Below, piece after piece: positions 13,854-29,548 of a DNA stretch of 64,000 nucleotides. The DNA comes from the human T2T-CHM13v2.0 reference genome, Homo sapiens. The stretch is from NCBI RefSeq assembly GCF_009914755.1, contig NC_060929.1. One strand, 5' to 3'. Within the stretch, counting starts at the first letter, position 1. The number at the start of each line of letters is the position of its first letter. The translations under genes and the position numbers were made by a program. The notes below the pieces were generated by a model that saw only the letters and a program-made list of their open reading frames with translations, did not search any database and was not told the DNA's origin.

Positions 13854-16800
13854 GTAAGTTGCAAATCTATAGCACCGAATTACTTTACGTCAGTTATTTC
13901 ATTAGAGTTTGTGCATTACCACAAAATCCCGTTTATTTTTTTGACAAAAAATTTTAGTGAAATTCTGTTTCACGAAATTACTGAAGACCCCTCATTGCCT
14001 GTAATAGTTTCAATTAAATATTCTACTTGTTTTTTTAGATGTTCGTGATGAGATAGAGACCAAAGTCTTTTTGCAAAAGATATATGAATTTCTAGGAAAT
14101 TTCATTGTATCAGATGTGTAAAGGATTTTTTTAAAGTATGCTCTTTAAAACAATACATTTTGTTTACAATGTTTTGGGAACTGTTGTATGTGGTCTATCT
14201 TGAGACAATGTGAATTATTATGAATTACTGTTGTTTACTTTGAACACAATATTACTTTTCTGTTAATTGTGACCCATCATTTTCTCAAGAGAAGGATGGG
14301 TTAAATAAATAATTAATTTATGCTATGACAATTGTGATTCCCATGAACATGATTTTCTATTATCTACACATAATAGTGATCACCTTGATTAAAATGTTGA
14401 TGATCAATTCATTTATCTGTCAGTGTCACCCATAAAATTATAAAAATGGAAGGATAAAACAATTGGATAAAGATTTCCTCCCTACTTTAAAATAGTTTCA
14501 AAATGAGAATATATTATGAATTGACTGAGTGGGAAGAGACGGTATCATCACCGATATAATTTACACAAAGTCCTGATTTTGTGTTTCTGTCATAAACCTT
14601 GAAAGCTGGAAAAAGCAATAGTCTGTCACTTTTTCATTTTTCTCAATTCATATGTTTTCTTGAAAAGCTGATTCTACTCTAAATGTTTGTGCACATACCA
14701 AACAAATATTTTGCCTCACAACCATTTGTTCATCCCAATGTGACCATATTTCTCCCCTGGTTTACAACTTTTATGACTGTGTACATATTATTAGCACCTG
14801 TTTTCACTCTAAAATATCCTGGGTTAGACTACAAATTATATGATCAACGTAGCCCATATCTGTGTGCATAATTAATTCCAAAAATTCTAGTTGACTTTAG
14901 AATGCTGCTTTTTATGAAATAGATCTTATTCAATTATGATCTAAGTAGTGATTTGCAATGCCTTTTCTATGAATGTCAAAAATAAAATAAGAAATGCTGA
15001 AAATGTAAAAGGTTTTAAATAAATTTAGATAATATAATTTAGAAAGTATTAAACATTTGTATTTATTAATTCTGGAGAAAAGGTAGATTATAGTGAAATA
15101 AAAATATACTTTAGCAGTTATTCATTGATACATAAGCATACAGACAGGAGTTTCTCAAGAATTAAAGTATATTAGTCCGATAAATATTTTTACAAAATAT
15201 TTGCTCTGAAGCCGTCTGTTCAACAATGCCATTGAGGTAAAATATTAAAGGTAGAGAGAATTTAAAGTTTTACAATATATTTGTTATGTAAATTATATTG
15301 GAAAGTTAGCGTTATGCATATATATATATATATTTGAAAGTGGGTCAAGTACAGCACCTTAATTGATCAACGGGGAAATCAGCTTATGACATTTAGATTC
15401 ACCCATGACCTGGTATAAAAAAAGAAATTGTTTCCTCTGTGACATTGGATTGGCATCAATTATCTCCGGGGAAATGGAAAACCCTGAACTGATGCTTTAA
15501 AGGATAAAGAGCCTTTCAGGCACCTCTAAAGTGTGTTTTAGTAAACCATGCAGATTGATGTAATAGTATCCCAAATGTAACTTTCACAATGAAATATGAA
15601 TAATAATTAGGTAAGATGTTATTTTAAGATTTTATTCCCAAATGGTCCATTCCTTTCATATTCTAAATTCCAGTGCCCTTGTAGGTCCAATTAAGAGGCT
15701 TAATTGAAGAATTCCAAGTTAGCAGACTGTCCTGGCACTCAGAGGATATTGTGCCTGGTAATGATAGTGTTGAATTGGACAGAAAGAATATTCACAAAGG
15801 TTAGTAGAGATACATGTATTTTATAATGTGACATTTATTTTTTAATCATATGGAAAATTAAGCCTGAGTGCACTTATTTTCTCTTTTTCAAATCTAATAT
15901 TAAACTGTCCATTGCTTCATTCCCACTCCCTGCCCACCCTGGAATCCCTTCATTCTTAAGTAATGGATAAAAATGCACAAGCAGTAGTAAATTTTAATTT
16001 ATTATCATTATTTTTCTGTTAATATCTGTGGCTTAGTTTGTTTGAAATGCAGATTGAGGCAAGACATTCTATGACTTTCAGTCACTCCTTCCAAAGTAGA
16101 ACTATTAGAACAATCAAAGCTAAAATTTGACTAAGGGCACAAGAGAGAGAATTGCCTATATGAATTTGATTTCATACACACATTAGCACCCAATTATACA
16201 CAGCCTTATGTTGTCCTAGCATATTGTCATGATGCACTTCAACTCTTTTATATGGGGCCTTTGTTGGCATGTCTTTTATCATATTAACATAGAGGCAGGT
16301 ATTTTCTCTACTGAGGATGAATACCACATAAAACACATGGCAGAGAGTGCATTACTTGTGTGGTATTTACAGTTCTCTGATAAATTGTATGGCAATTATT
16401 GTGTTGTGCCATTAATATTTTTCTCTTAAGAATTATACTTACATCTTACTTGTGAGTCATTTCATAAACAAAAAAGTGTAATTACTAATAAAGAATCATT
16501 AATCTTAATTTCAAAAATTTAGAACTAGATAGGTAATATATACAATAATAAGATATAGGGTCAAAGGCATTTTAATAATTTTTTAAAGCTATAATTAATT
16601 GTGGGTTTTGTCAAACTGTATAATGAGAAACATAATATTTGTTTTTTTCTTGCAACAAATGAAAAGCTAAAATTGGATATAAAAGTTTTCTATTTCTATC
16701 TAAAGATGATTTCTTAGAATGATTATCTATTGTGTTTTCTTGTTGTGATAGTAAATACTTGTAAATAATTATTTCACTGCTCCCACTGCCCTGCTCTCAT

Positions 16801-19800
16801 TTTTTAAAGGTATCTCCTGAGTTTGAAGGTCATTTTTTTTTCTATCCATTGGCATTCTAACCCAGTACTCAAATGACTCAGACAGACCAACTTCTTTAAT
16901 TTCCATACATTAATATTCTCTGAAGTGGCACCAATAGTGCTAACACTTTTCTCACTGACCCAGCAAGTGTTACTTGTCTTTAGTCATAATTCAGAAAGAC
17001 AGTCTTTCCCACAAATCCTGCATATAAAATGAGTGCCTCATTCATGGGACAAACAGTGAACTTTTGTATTGTTACAAGACTACCTAATGGTCAAATCTCC
17101 GTGTGCTGCAAATTTCCACATTCGTCTGCCTTCTAATGTAGCACATTTCAGTGTCATACATCTGGGCTAAACAAATACAGCTCATGTTCAAATATTCTAT
17201 ACCTGTCAAGAAGTTCAAAGACGTTGGAATTGAGTTTTTCTTTATTCCTATGTACCTGTAAAGGGACAAAAGCTAGAGAAACAATTACCATGTTTTTGAA
17301 GCTAGTGCTTACTGATGTTTTCCTCAATTATATGAGGAATTGAGATGTGGTCTTTTCTTCCTACAGTTGACATTATGTGTCAAAAATATGTAAATAAGAG
17401 AAAATTGCTAAGAATATAGTTTTGTTATAGCTTAAACACTTTCTGCTGGCCAAGCCGCTTTTATTTCACATAGGTCTCTATCTTCTGTACACTCTGGTTG
17501 AGAAAACTGGAACTACATATAGTTTTGCTTCCAACAGTTGTTTTGACAGAAATTTTCAAAAGCTGTGTGTTCTTTGCGAAACACAGCTTCCACAATTTGT
17601 TTCTGTCTGCCATCTTGTTCAAAACTATATCCCCTCCCCCAAAGAAAAACTATTCTACCTTTAATCTTCTGACTTTTAAATGATTAGTGCTTAATGATAG
17701 CTGTCAGTCATTACCAAGACTGCAGGGAACAAACTTCGTGAAATAGAAAGTAGAAAAGTCTGAAATATAAAGTAAAGGAAGCTCTAGAAAATGGTGTGTA
17801 GTAAATAAGAACTGTTCACCACAAAGTTATTGCTCTAATTTGCAGTTTTAGGTAATTTTCATCCTAAAAAACTAAATCAGATATAAATAGGATACCTCCA
17901 TTTTTATCGTGCTAAGAATACTTATTAAATATGATCTCTCTTTTGCACAAATATGTCTTTAACTTCCTTATTTCAGAGACAGAAAATTGTAATATTTCAT
18001 CTCATTTCAGCATAAGTTTTAGTCTGCTAAACTAATTTTTGTCCTATGACAGAAATTAGGAAAACTTTAAGGTCTATCTTATCAAAAATAGGGCCTCACT
18101 ACACAGTTTTTTTTTCTTTTTGTCTCAGCACTATACATTTTCAAAATTAAGACAAAGTATAGGCATCTGGGTTAAACAACTACTGCTCAAGTTGAGATAT
18201 TCTATAGCTGTTAGGCATTTAAAATAAAGAATTTAATTGCACCTTATTCAATGCCAGAATGTCACAGGTTTATTGTTTTAATGATCACAAACATACATAG
18301 TATATATTTGTATGTGAATGTGTGTGTATGAGTGTGTGTGTTTGATGAGGAAGAAATGGCTGTTTAGCTCTTTGAATTAAATCAGATACTTCAATGATAT
18401 TTTGGGGAGATATTTTTGTGTAGTTTTTCAGTATTTAATGGCTATATTTGAATTTTACATTGCAAAATAATTTTATGATAAATATAAATTAGGTGAAGAA
18501 CAAGTAAACTTCCATGTAGAGCAAATTGTATGTGAAACGTTCTTTTAGACAAAGCTTTGTTTTAATTTGTTTTAAGCATCACTTTTTAAAATTATGGATT
18601 AATATTAGCGAATAAAAATCCAGAATTTGAATTGAATTACTATACTGAATTCAACACTTTGGGTTCAAGAATAAAAGACAGTGAACTACTAAATTGTACC
18701 TTACATAATGTACAAATCTGTTATGTGAGTATTTACTTTTTTCCCCTTACAAAGTACTAAAATCTCTTATTCTTTGAAATTTCTCACAAAAATGAATATT
18801 ATCTTTTATTCAAATGGTTGTAAGTAAAATAAACAGTTAGCTTGACCTTAACAACTTTAACTCCTGTATTAACTTCATACATACTTGAGAATTATAGGCA
18901 CAGCTGAGTAAATTACAGTGAGAATAATTAGAAAAACAGAACAACAGGTGACAATTTGGTCCAGCTGCCAAAATCCTAGATTATTAATTTCTTATTTATC
19001 CATCCTTTTTCATTTTACAGTTTTTCTCTTGATATTAGATACTGTGCTCATTCCCTATTGCTCATTTTAATGAATACTTAACCACAGGAAATATTTGTTC
19101 ATTTCAAGGGAATTCCCCCTGGTTTCAAAAAAGAATGCAGAAGCCATTTCAGAGCTTAATTAGGGAGATTTGGAACCTCTATGCTTGTTCAATCAATTTT
19201 AACACAAGTAAAAGCATTTTAACTATTCCCTTTGTCTATGCAATCCTTTGCAACCCAGCAGAAAAATTCCATTCCCTCCACAGTAAGCTTAACCAAGCAG
19301 GACAGTCAGTTGGAGTGAGGTCACACTGGAAAATGTTTTTAAAAGGGTTTTCTAAACCCTTTAAAATTTTAAGTTAAGTTTTAATGAGCATTGCAGAAGA
19401 GTTAGATCCCCAGGGGGCAAATCAATTTTGAGTGTTGCACTGCCTGTTCCTTTTAGCCTCTGAAGTACCACCTTAGCTGACTTTTCAGTGGTTATGTTGA
19501 GCCAGATATTCAGGATGAAAGAATGCAAATATACAGCCTGTGAATTTCTCTCTCACCCAGGGGTCACCAAATCTTTCAGCCATTTTATTTTTTCAAGTGG
19601 TGAGAGGGATGGAATGGGTAGAACAAAGTGGTTGGCTATTTCAATACTAAGAGAGGTGTGAGGTTTAAAGTGGGCTATGGAAGGCTTGGGAAGCCTGGGA
19701 TATGCTTAGTGATTTTTTTTTTTTTTTTCCTCCCTTGGGCCTAGGTCAGTTCCTGGTTTACAGTAAGTTTAGGATTCAGCCTGGGACCCACTGTGGTTTA

Positions 19801-20339
19801 ATGTGACAACCGAAAGATGAAAGAAAGCTCCCTAGTGACATATAGTGAAGTCCGGAGCCCATGTTTACTTTTAATTTTCTCTCATATATGTGCTGTTTAA
19901 GGGATTTTTAGACTCTTACAAGCTTGGAGATGTAGGATTCCTCCCTATACAGGTTGCACAATTGCTTCTTCTTCACATATTTCCTCAAATAAACTGACAC
20001 CAGGCCTCCTACTAAAAGGGCATTATGCTCCAGAGTGTACTTCTCTGGGACTATTTACTACATTCTGCTATGTCCCAGCAGTAAGGAAATTATATATTAA
20101 AGATTAACTGAGCATATCATTTCCTTTCTCTAAGCTGCCATGAAGTAAGCCTGCAGACTGCTGCTCAGTGTTTCTGCAGTGTGTCCCTGTGAAAGAGAAG
20201 TTTTGAGGCCAGATGAGTATATGTCCTTCATTCTGCCTATGAATAAATATTTAGCTTTTGATTCATGATAATGTACAGTATTGAGCTTTTATTCTAGAAG
20301 ATATTTTATTACTATTTTTTACCTGTTATCTTTTCAAAT

Positions 20340-20915
<576 letters not shown>

Positions 20916-21064
20916 ATTCCATAAGTTTATTTAATAATTATTATTAATAAAAATATAGTTTGGGATACATACATTAATATAAAGTGAACTCATGTAATAT
21001 TGCATTCATTTTTATAGCTGAATTTTATGCTTTATTTAATATTTACACCAACCCTATGAAGAGC

Positions 21065-21440
21065 TGATATGGTTTGGATGTTTGTTCCCTTCAAATCCCA
21101 TGTTGACAGGTCATCCCCAATGTTGGAAGTGAGGTCTGGAAAGAGATGATTGGATCATGGGAGGTGAACCCCTCATGACTGATTTAACACCATCCCCTTG
21201 GTGATAAATGAGTTCTCACTCAGTTAGTTCACATGAGATTTGGTTGTTTAAAAGTCTGGGACCCACGCCTCCCCCACTTCAATCCCCCTTCTCGCATGAT
21301 TGGCAGCTTCCTGAAGCCTCACTAGAAACAGATGCTGGTACTATGCTTTGTGTACAGCCTGCAAAACCATGAGCCAATTAACCCTCTTTTCTTTATAAAT
21401 TACCCAGCGTCAGGTGTTTCTTTATAGCAATGCAAAAACA
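21065..21440 (+). mobile_element. MSTB-like MaLR solo LTR
   Basis: tgatatggtttggatgtttgttccc...ccatccccttggtgataaatgagttctc...ttataaattacccag...tttatagcaatgcaaaaacag. Confidence 0.88.
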
Positions 21441-21527
21441 GAGAGGTACGGTGGCTATTATTCCCATTTTAGTGATGAGGAAACAGAATTTATTCAAGGT
21501 CATGGAGCTTGTAAGAAGTCAAGAGGG

Positions 21528-21848
<321 letters not shown>

Positions 21849-22215
21849 TCAAGAGGGAATTTATGTCCATTCCTATCTGACTCCTGTGGGCATATTCTTT
21901 ATACTGTCCACAGTGCTTTATTTATCTTTGAAAGGTCTAAGATAATGCCTTGAAAAACACATGTAATCATATTAATGTGGTGAAATATTGAATTCCAAAT
22001 GCATTCTTGTTGATTAGAAACTTGCTTTTTTAAATCTGAATTTTCTCTGGGTATTTGAATTCATCTATAGTAAATAATCTCCAACTTTGGATAGCTCAGT
22101 TATCCTAAAATATGGAGTCTAGTCACTAGCCAAAATTCAGCCTGAATTTACATCTCCTGGCTTTTTTGCATTTATTTGACAGACTTATATATAATCCTTA
22201 GACTTCTGGTAATAA

Positions 22216-22593
<378 letters not shown>

Positions 22594-22874
22594 TAAATAT
22601 TTTGTAGCTGCTTTATAAGAAGTTGCTGGAAAGTGTAAGGAGCATACACAACAATAATCATAAGCAATTTAATGTAATTTTACCTGGGTGAACTGTCTTA
22701 AGTGCCTTTAGAGTGACTGTATGATTTCTTTTAGACTTTTTGATTGGATGCATCCCCTCATTTAGAAGCAAAATAAAGAATACAGGCTATTTAAAATTTC
22801 ATCAATAGTGGGGGAAAAAAGATTAAAAAGTCATTTTTCTTAACATGAATTTTCCAAGACATCATTACATTTGA

Positions 22875-23250
22875 CAGAATAGGTTAGATTATGCTGAGGT
22901 TACAAACAACCTGAACAATCTAAGTGGTTTACAATAACAAAATGTAGTTTTTCTTTGTGGTATGCATCCATCGCTGATAAGCTACTGTTCAGCATATTCA
23001 CTCCAGAACTTTGGCTGAGATCTGCCTCTATCTAGAATATTAGCACTTGTTCCAAAGAGAAGAAAGAGATGTAGCAACTCACATGCTAGCTCTTACAACT
23101 TCTGCTCAGCAGTGACATTTCACTGGCCTAAACAAATCACTTGTCTATGCCTGAGTTTAACAAGGCAAGGAAGGGCACCAAGAGTCACATGCCACAACCA
23201 GATGACAATGGGGAGGGGGGTGCATATTTTTCCAGGGAGATGAAGTGAAT
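22875..23250 (-). mobile_element. Old MLT1 (K/L-type) LTR
   Basis: ggttagattatgctgaggttacaaacaacc...tctaagtggtttacaataacaaaa...ttctgctcag...cactggcc. Confidence 0.6.
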
Positions 23251-24879
23251 AATTTTACATATTAATAAGATTGACTTAAATTTTCTTTTCAAATTTGACT
23301 CACAGAGTTTTTAATTTTTTTTATCTCACAGTAATATGAGAGTATTTTCCCTCCATTTTTGCTGCATCTTAAATACAGCTAGGTAGATTATGTTGGGCTT
23401 ATATAACTCTCTAAGATCACCAATGATTTCCATTGACTTTCAACTTATGTAAAAAACAACATTATCTTCTACATTTTCTTGAAGGTAACTCTATTTACAA
23501 TTAGAAGTAGTCTTTGTTCTGAAAATTCACTTGTTTGAATACCCCATCCAACACCTACTCTCCCAGTGATTAAGTTCACCTCGCATGTTTACACATACAC
23601 GTCTGTTGGCATGCTCTGCTAACCTGGAATAATCTGTATCAAGCGTGCTTTCCAAACTATAGTGCATTTCACATAATAAGAACACAGCTGGCATAGTGGA
23701 TTGATTCCATGTACTCTGAACATATGGCTTAGAAAAGGTCACAGGAGTCCTGATCAGGAAACTTGATTCCAATTAGAAGAGATGTATTGGGGTCCATAGT
23801 CCTGTGAAGAAAAATGCTGATTTATAAATATCAGCTTCATTAGGCACCTGTCTGCCCAATTTGCTGAAGTTATTCAAGTTTTAAGTAAGAATAGCAGTGA
23901 GGGATTATACTTCAGTTTGAATATCAAAATCTATTTTGACTAAGGTCAGAACTACAAAGTAAAATGACATCTAAACCTCTTTCATGTGCCTCTCACTACT
24001 GGTAATCTGAAGGTTGACTTCAGTATTCATTTGGGATTCCAAATTTCCAACAGGCTAGTACTGTTCCTCTTTGTCCCATGAGACATTTGGACAGCTTTTG
24101 TCCTCTTGCCAGAGATACTAAAACAGTAAGGATTACAGCCCTATTTCTCTTTATTGTGGTCTTCAAGAATGGGCAAGGGGTGGGAAGATAGGTATGTGAG
24201 CAATGCCCTATGGGCTTAAGGCCTTTCTTAGTCCCAGCAGAGTCAGATGGCCCCTTGCATTGGATCTTTCATCCCAGGCATTATCAGCTGCCTTAGGCTT
24301 TTGGATAACTTTCAGAAAAAAACCTTTTTGCTAATGTGAGAGCTGGGTATTATAGTTCTGTCAGCTGCTTCCACCAACTTTCCCTTATTAGTCTTGAACT
24401 CCCAATAGCCTTAGGAGAATGCAATTCTAGGAGACTACTAATCAGTATCCATGTGATTCTTTTTGAGAAGTAGCAAGCAATAATCTTGGGGGTGGACTCT
24501 TCCCCTCCCTCCTCAATCACTTACTTTATTCATAAGTTCTGCAATCTAGAGTTTCTCTTAGGACACTACAAGGCTGAACATTATTCTTTCATGCAGCAGC
24601 TCCTTTAGGAAGCACTATTTGATCTCCTACAATTGCCTGGTAATGTTAGATTTTGAAACACAGCATGGGATCCTTGTATTCCTTCCACAGCCCATTAGCT
24701 TAAGGTGATTTCTAACAGTGCATTAGTGTACATTGAATACGGAGTCAAGTTGTTCACTCTATTCAGTGCCTTTCCTTAAAGGAAGTATAAGGTTTTATGC
24801 ACAGAACTTGGTCGGTTCCAAGGAATAGCTCTGAGTTTCCTACAGCTTGAGAGGATCCAACACTGTGCTTCAGGGATTT

Positions 24880-25268
24880 TCCAGGTATTTATCCCTACAG
24901 ATCCACCATTCTCCACTTTGTTTAGTCGTAGAGGTGCTGTTATTGTGAAATGCATCAATAGGTACACTTGCCTTCTGGATTCTGGTTTGATCAAGTTAGG
25001 CATGGGCAGGAGATTAGAGGGTGAAAGGAGAGTGAGGTAGGCGGCATTCACTCCCACAGCTCCTACCTACTGCATTCCTTTACAGCAGCTGCTCCTTCAG
25101 TCCTAAAAGTGTAATGGATCCCCACGTCGCAAGCCCTGATATTCTGCACCATCTCTTCTTGGTTTACCTTGACACTACCCATGTTTATAAATAGTCCCTT
25201 TGATACCTCTCATCAGTTACCCCTTTTGATGTAATATCTTTTTTTTCTGCTATGAATTTGACTGATAC
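24880..25268 (+). mobile_element. LTR33-like ERVL LTR
   Basis: cttgccttctggattctggtttg...ggcaggagattagaggg...taaatagtcccttt...tgactgataca end. Confidence 0.65.
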
Positions 25269-26926
25269 AAAAGCAGTTTAAATTTAACAAATGGTTACAA
25301 TTTTGAGTGACTGATCCAAGCAATTATGCATCTCCAGTGTATTTGGCTCATTCTTGTGATGTTGTTTTCTATAACTTGTGGATGCAATTGCTGCTATTTA
25401 ATTGTAACTCACTAACTTTTATTTTACCACTGTGCTCTTCATTTCCTGATTTGAAACATCTTCCTTCCCTACCTAAATAGTCTTCCAGCTTTGATAATGT
25501 ATGTTCCTAGATTAGAATACAGTAGTGTGTAGATAGTAATCTTTTTTATGCATTGAATATATGTAACTATTTTTAGGAGACTTGAGAACAAACAAGAGTG
25601 TGAGAAAAGTCAGTTAGTTCTATGATAGATTTTGTAACTCTGAGAAAGACTTTTAACATCTCTAGATTTTAATTTCTCCTTATGTGAATTGAGGGAACTG
25701 GTCCAAAAAAGTGTTTTGTCCCATGACCACAATTTATCCTTTTATTAATCCTTATCTGTATGAGGATTAATACAGAGACTCAGAATATGAGGATTAACTC
25801 AGAGACTGCTTATAGTGTGTTAATCTAGAGTAACTTAGTGGAGAATGGGGCTAGAAGTGTCAATTTTGCTCCTAAATTATCTTTCTTGATTCTAGTCATC
25901 CTTTGGAAGACTTATGGATAATGGTCTTTAGGTAGGGTGTGAACTTCCTTGAAACTAGGTTAAAAAAACTATGCCCCTGCATCTTCTTCTGGGGCAACTG
26001 TCCACAGATTTCTAGATTCTCAAAGGACTAATGACTCTCCTTCTCACAAAAGAATAAGGACCACTCTCTTTTGTCCTTTCCTCACCCCTGAGGTGTTAGA
26101 AGACATGGGGTGTTAGAGTTCCAGACTGCCAGATACATAATTTGAATATATTTAAATGCTTCCATAAAGGCATTTATCATGTACCATGAGCCATTTTCTT
26201 TTCATAGATTTTCAAATTTCTTTAGTATCTACTGATGGATTTTCAGATGAAAAGATCAACCCTTGACTCAGAGAAATGAGAAAGAGGTTTTTTGTCTATG
26301 TGACTTACTTTATAACTATAAACAGCAGGTACATTCAAGGACTCTGCTAGGATAAAGAGAAGAAACTGATTTCTCTCACAGAGAAAATCAGATTAGGAGA
26401 CTTTATTTTAAAATGAAGTGTCTGCGTTCTGTTTCTCAGAGTGCTTTTCGTTCTCAGAAACACTGACTTATCTTACGGAATTCTCATTGAAGCTTCTGTC
26501 TTTATCACACTGCCCTATCAAGTCTTTGGTTTTTCTAGCATTGATTTTTTTTTTCTCCTGTTTTCTTTCTCTTTACAAGAGGCATCAGGACACATCTACA
26601 TGATAGCAAGTGAAATAACACATCCGTATTTTCATACAGGCTCAAATTCTAGAGGAGGTAGAAAATTGCTTTGCCTATGGGTGATGTTTGTGTTTCCAAG
26701 ATATTCCTCTCTCTCTTCTATATGTGTGAGCATCCTCAATATTCCTGCAAAAACAGATTAGCTATTTTAATCAATGATTGTGTTTCTGTCTACCTGCCTA
26801 TCTACCTACCTTTCATTTTTCTGTCTACTTGTTCATTGTCTATTTATCAACATACATACATAGAATTTTGAAACAGTTTTAAGTACTTCACAAGAATTAA
26901 CTCATACTTTGCGAAATCCTCCAAAC

Positions 26927-27859
26927 CAGTGATTCTCAAAGTTTTCAGTCTCGGAATTCTTTTATACTCATGAAACTACTGAAGAAACAAACACCTTCTG
27001 TTTATGTAGGCTTTTTTATTATTTGTGTTTCACATTAGAAAATTAAGACAATTTAAACTATTTATTTACTAATTTTTTAACAACCATAATGATGAATCCA
27101 TTACATGCTAACCTAAATAACATTTTTAATAAAAAATAAAATATTTCCAACATAAAAACAATGTCATGAAAAGAGTTACACTGTTTAAAATTTTTCAGAT
27201 CTTTGTAATGCTTGGTTTACAAGGGAAAACCAAGGAAATGGTTTACATAGGGAAAACAACTAGACTTCCCTATCTTTCTTTGCATTCAATCTGTTGTAAT
27301 TTTGAAGTTTTCAGAAAGCATATGAAGAGTTCCAGCTTCGTTTAGATATCTAGTTAGAAAATGAAGGATAATTTCAATAAACTAAAGGTTATTTGCAATG
27401 TTGAGTCTGAAATCATGTCAATAAATTTTTCATAGTCGGTTACATTTGAATCCATTGGAACATTTTGCACACTGAATGAATATTTTTACCCATGTGCAAT
27501 TTTGGAACATCATGCATTATTTGGAAAATGTCGGTTTACTGAGATATGCATGTCTTGGCAGGGTTTGGACATGTCATTATACAACATAAAAGATCAAGAT
27601 ATAATAAAATTAATATTTTTACTATTTAGTGATTCACCAATAACATCCTTAAAGGAAAATGGCTTTTTTTTTAACTGCAAATGGATTATGAGAGGAATAC
27701 AATGATAATAATACATTTTAGGGTTACTACCTTGGTTTGTGAGAGTCAAGGGCAAATAATGTCTAAACATTATTATGGAAGTAGTTTTGACTTCACAAAG
27801 CTCCCGAAAATACCTCTGGGATCCCCACATGTCCACAGGGCACACTTTGATAAGCACTG
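26927..27859 (-). mobile_element. Charlie1-type hAT DNA transposon (internally deleted)
   Basis: Terminal inverted repeats cagtgattctcaaagt / actttgataagcactg; degenerate 8-bp TSD ctccaaac / ctcaaaat; right end matches the Charlie1 5' end in reverse. Confidence 0.85.
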
Positions 27860-27869
27860 CTCAAAATAG

Positions 27870-28000
27870 TCCTTGAGTAGGTTGGCATCATTATCCTCAT
27901 TTTATAAATGGGGAAACTGATGAAGAGAGTTTATGTGGCTTTCTCTAGGGTACCCAGCCAGTAAATGAAGTAAGAGGGATTCATTTACCAAATCCATGCC
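27870..28000 (-). mobile_element. MIR fragment
   Basis: attatcctcattttataaatggggaaactga...acccagccagtaaatg. Confidence 0.7.
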
Positions 28001-28189
28001 CTTAAGCCCCATTTTGATAAATAAATAAATAACATTATTTCAGTCTTCACTTTACTTGACCTATGTCAGTTCTCATCATTGCTGTTTCCCCTCTCAGCTA
28101 CTCTGTTACCTTTGCTTCCAAAACATCATCCTGTGCTAGTTTTCCTATACCTCATAAGCAACTGTTTTTTAGTCTTTTGCAGTGGCATT

Positions 28190-29265
28190 CTCCTATACTC
28201 ATCCATTCTAAAAGCTGGAGTACCTTAAGGCTTCATTATTTTTTCTCCTCTCTTCTTCTATTTGAACTCTCTCTAGGCAGTATCCATGAGCATGGCTTCA
28301 ATTACCATTGATATGCAAATGACTCACTGATTTCTATCTCTTGCTCTGACTTCTCATCTGCAAAATACTTTATTTTTAACTCATTTTACATGATTTCTTC
28401 TCGCAAAGACATCCTAAACTCTAAAATTGGAAGGGGCATCCTCCTCCTATGCCTAAACCTAGCCTAAAGCTGGTTCTTTTAGGTTTCTTATTTAATAAAT
28501 GTGATTACTATCTACCCAGTTATAAGACAGAATCTCAGGAGTTACTCATGTTACGTTTTTCTCCCTCAACACCATTCCTCACTGCCTTAAATGCCCTCAT
28601 CCTAGAATAAACGGCCGTCGTGTTTTTTACCTCCTATCCATTCTCCACAGTGCAGCCAGAGTATCATGCAAGTTCAAACCTGTTTTATTTCTGCTAAAAC
28701 TTTTTAGGGGCACTCCTTTGCCTTTAGGATAAACACGAAACTTCAAGGTGGTCTATAATGAGGGCAACTATATGTCCCCAAGTTACTTGGTACCTTCCCC
28801 AGCTGTGCCTGTTGTTATTAGGAAGAACCTGTTTCATTTTCAAATGTGCCTTGGTTTGGATGATGAACCTACATGGCCACACTATGCGAATAATCTGATC
28901 TCTGATATCATAATGTACAAAGGTCTCCCCTACTCTACGCTTCACCAGAAATGCTTTTTTAAAGTCTGTGAGTTACACACATTTTTATTTATTTACCTCT
29001 TAATTTTTCAGATTTCAGCTCAGTCTTCCCATTTTAGGATAGTCTTCCACATTCTCCCTGTTTCAGTCTGATAGCTTCATAGAAACTCTCATAGCTCTTG
29101 TCTCCTTTGTAGTGGGGGGATTGTGATAAATTTCCATATCCCATCTTAGAGTAGAAGCTTTCTGAGGGCAATGAATGTGTCTTTTTAGCTCACTGTTGTA
29201 TCCTCCAGTATCTTTCAATATTTAGACAAAGTGAGTATTCCGTGATTTTTTGAAGGAATAAATTC
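28190..29265 (+). mobile_element. L2 3' region
   Basis: catggcttcaattaccattgatatgcaaatgactc; ccattctccacagtgcagccagag; aagctttctgagggcaatgaatgtgtc...cactgttgtatcctccag. Confidence 0.75.
28760..28884 (-). mobile_element. MER81-like hAT-Blackjack MITE inside L2
   Basis: agggcaactatatgtccc...gcctgttgt...tttcattttcaaatgtgccttggtttggatgatgaa...atggccacacta. Confidence 0.65.
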
Positions 29266-29501
29266 ACAATGCTTGAGATATTGTTAGTAATTCATATTTT
29301 TTCCAACCTTTGTGGAAAAAGTTAAGTTTTAGTTATTTGGAACGTTCTTTTAAAGTGCAAATGTAAATAGCTTTAAGCAATGTTAAGATCTCCTTTTTCT
29401 GAGGTGATTCATCAGTTAATTCCTTCTCTCTATAGGAAGAGACCAGGGGATAAAACTGGATTGAGAATAAAGGAAAGAATAGGGTAGTGGTAGAAGTTAA
29501 A

Positions 29502-29503
29502 GT

Positions 29504-29548
<45 letters not shown>
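29502..29548. repeat. (TG)n microsatellite
   Basis: Read directly. Confidence 0.95.

Noticed and set aside
17084-17202. Minus-strand exon-like segment (cttcttgacag| ... TAG|gtagtc)
   Set aside because: Weak donor and no coherent reading frame; such matches are expected by chance in 64 kb.
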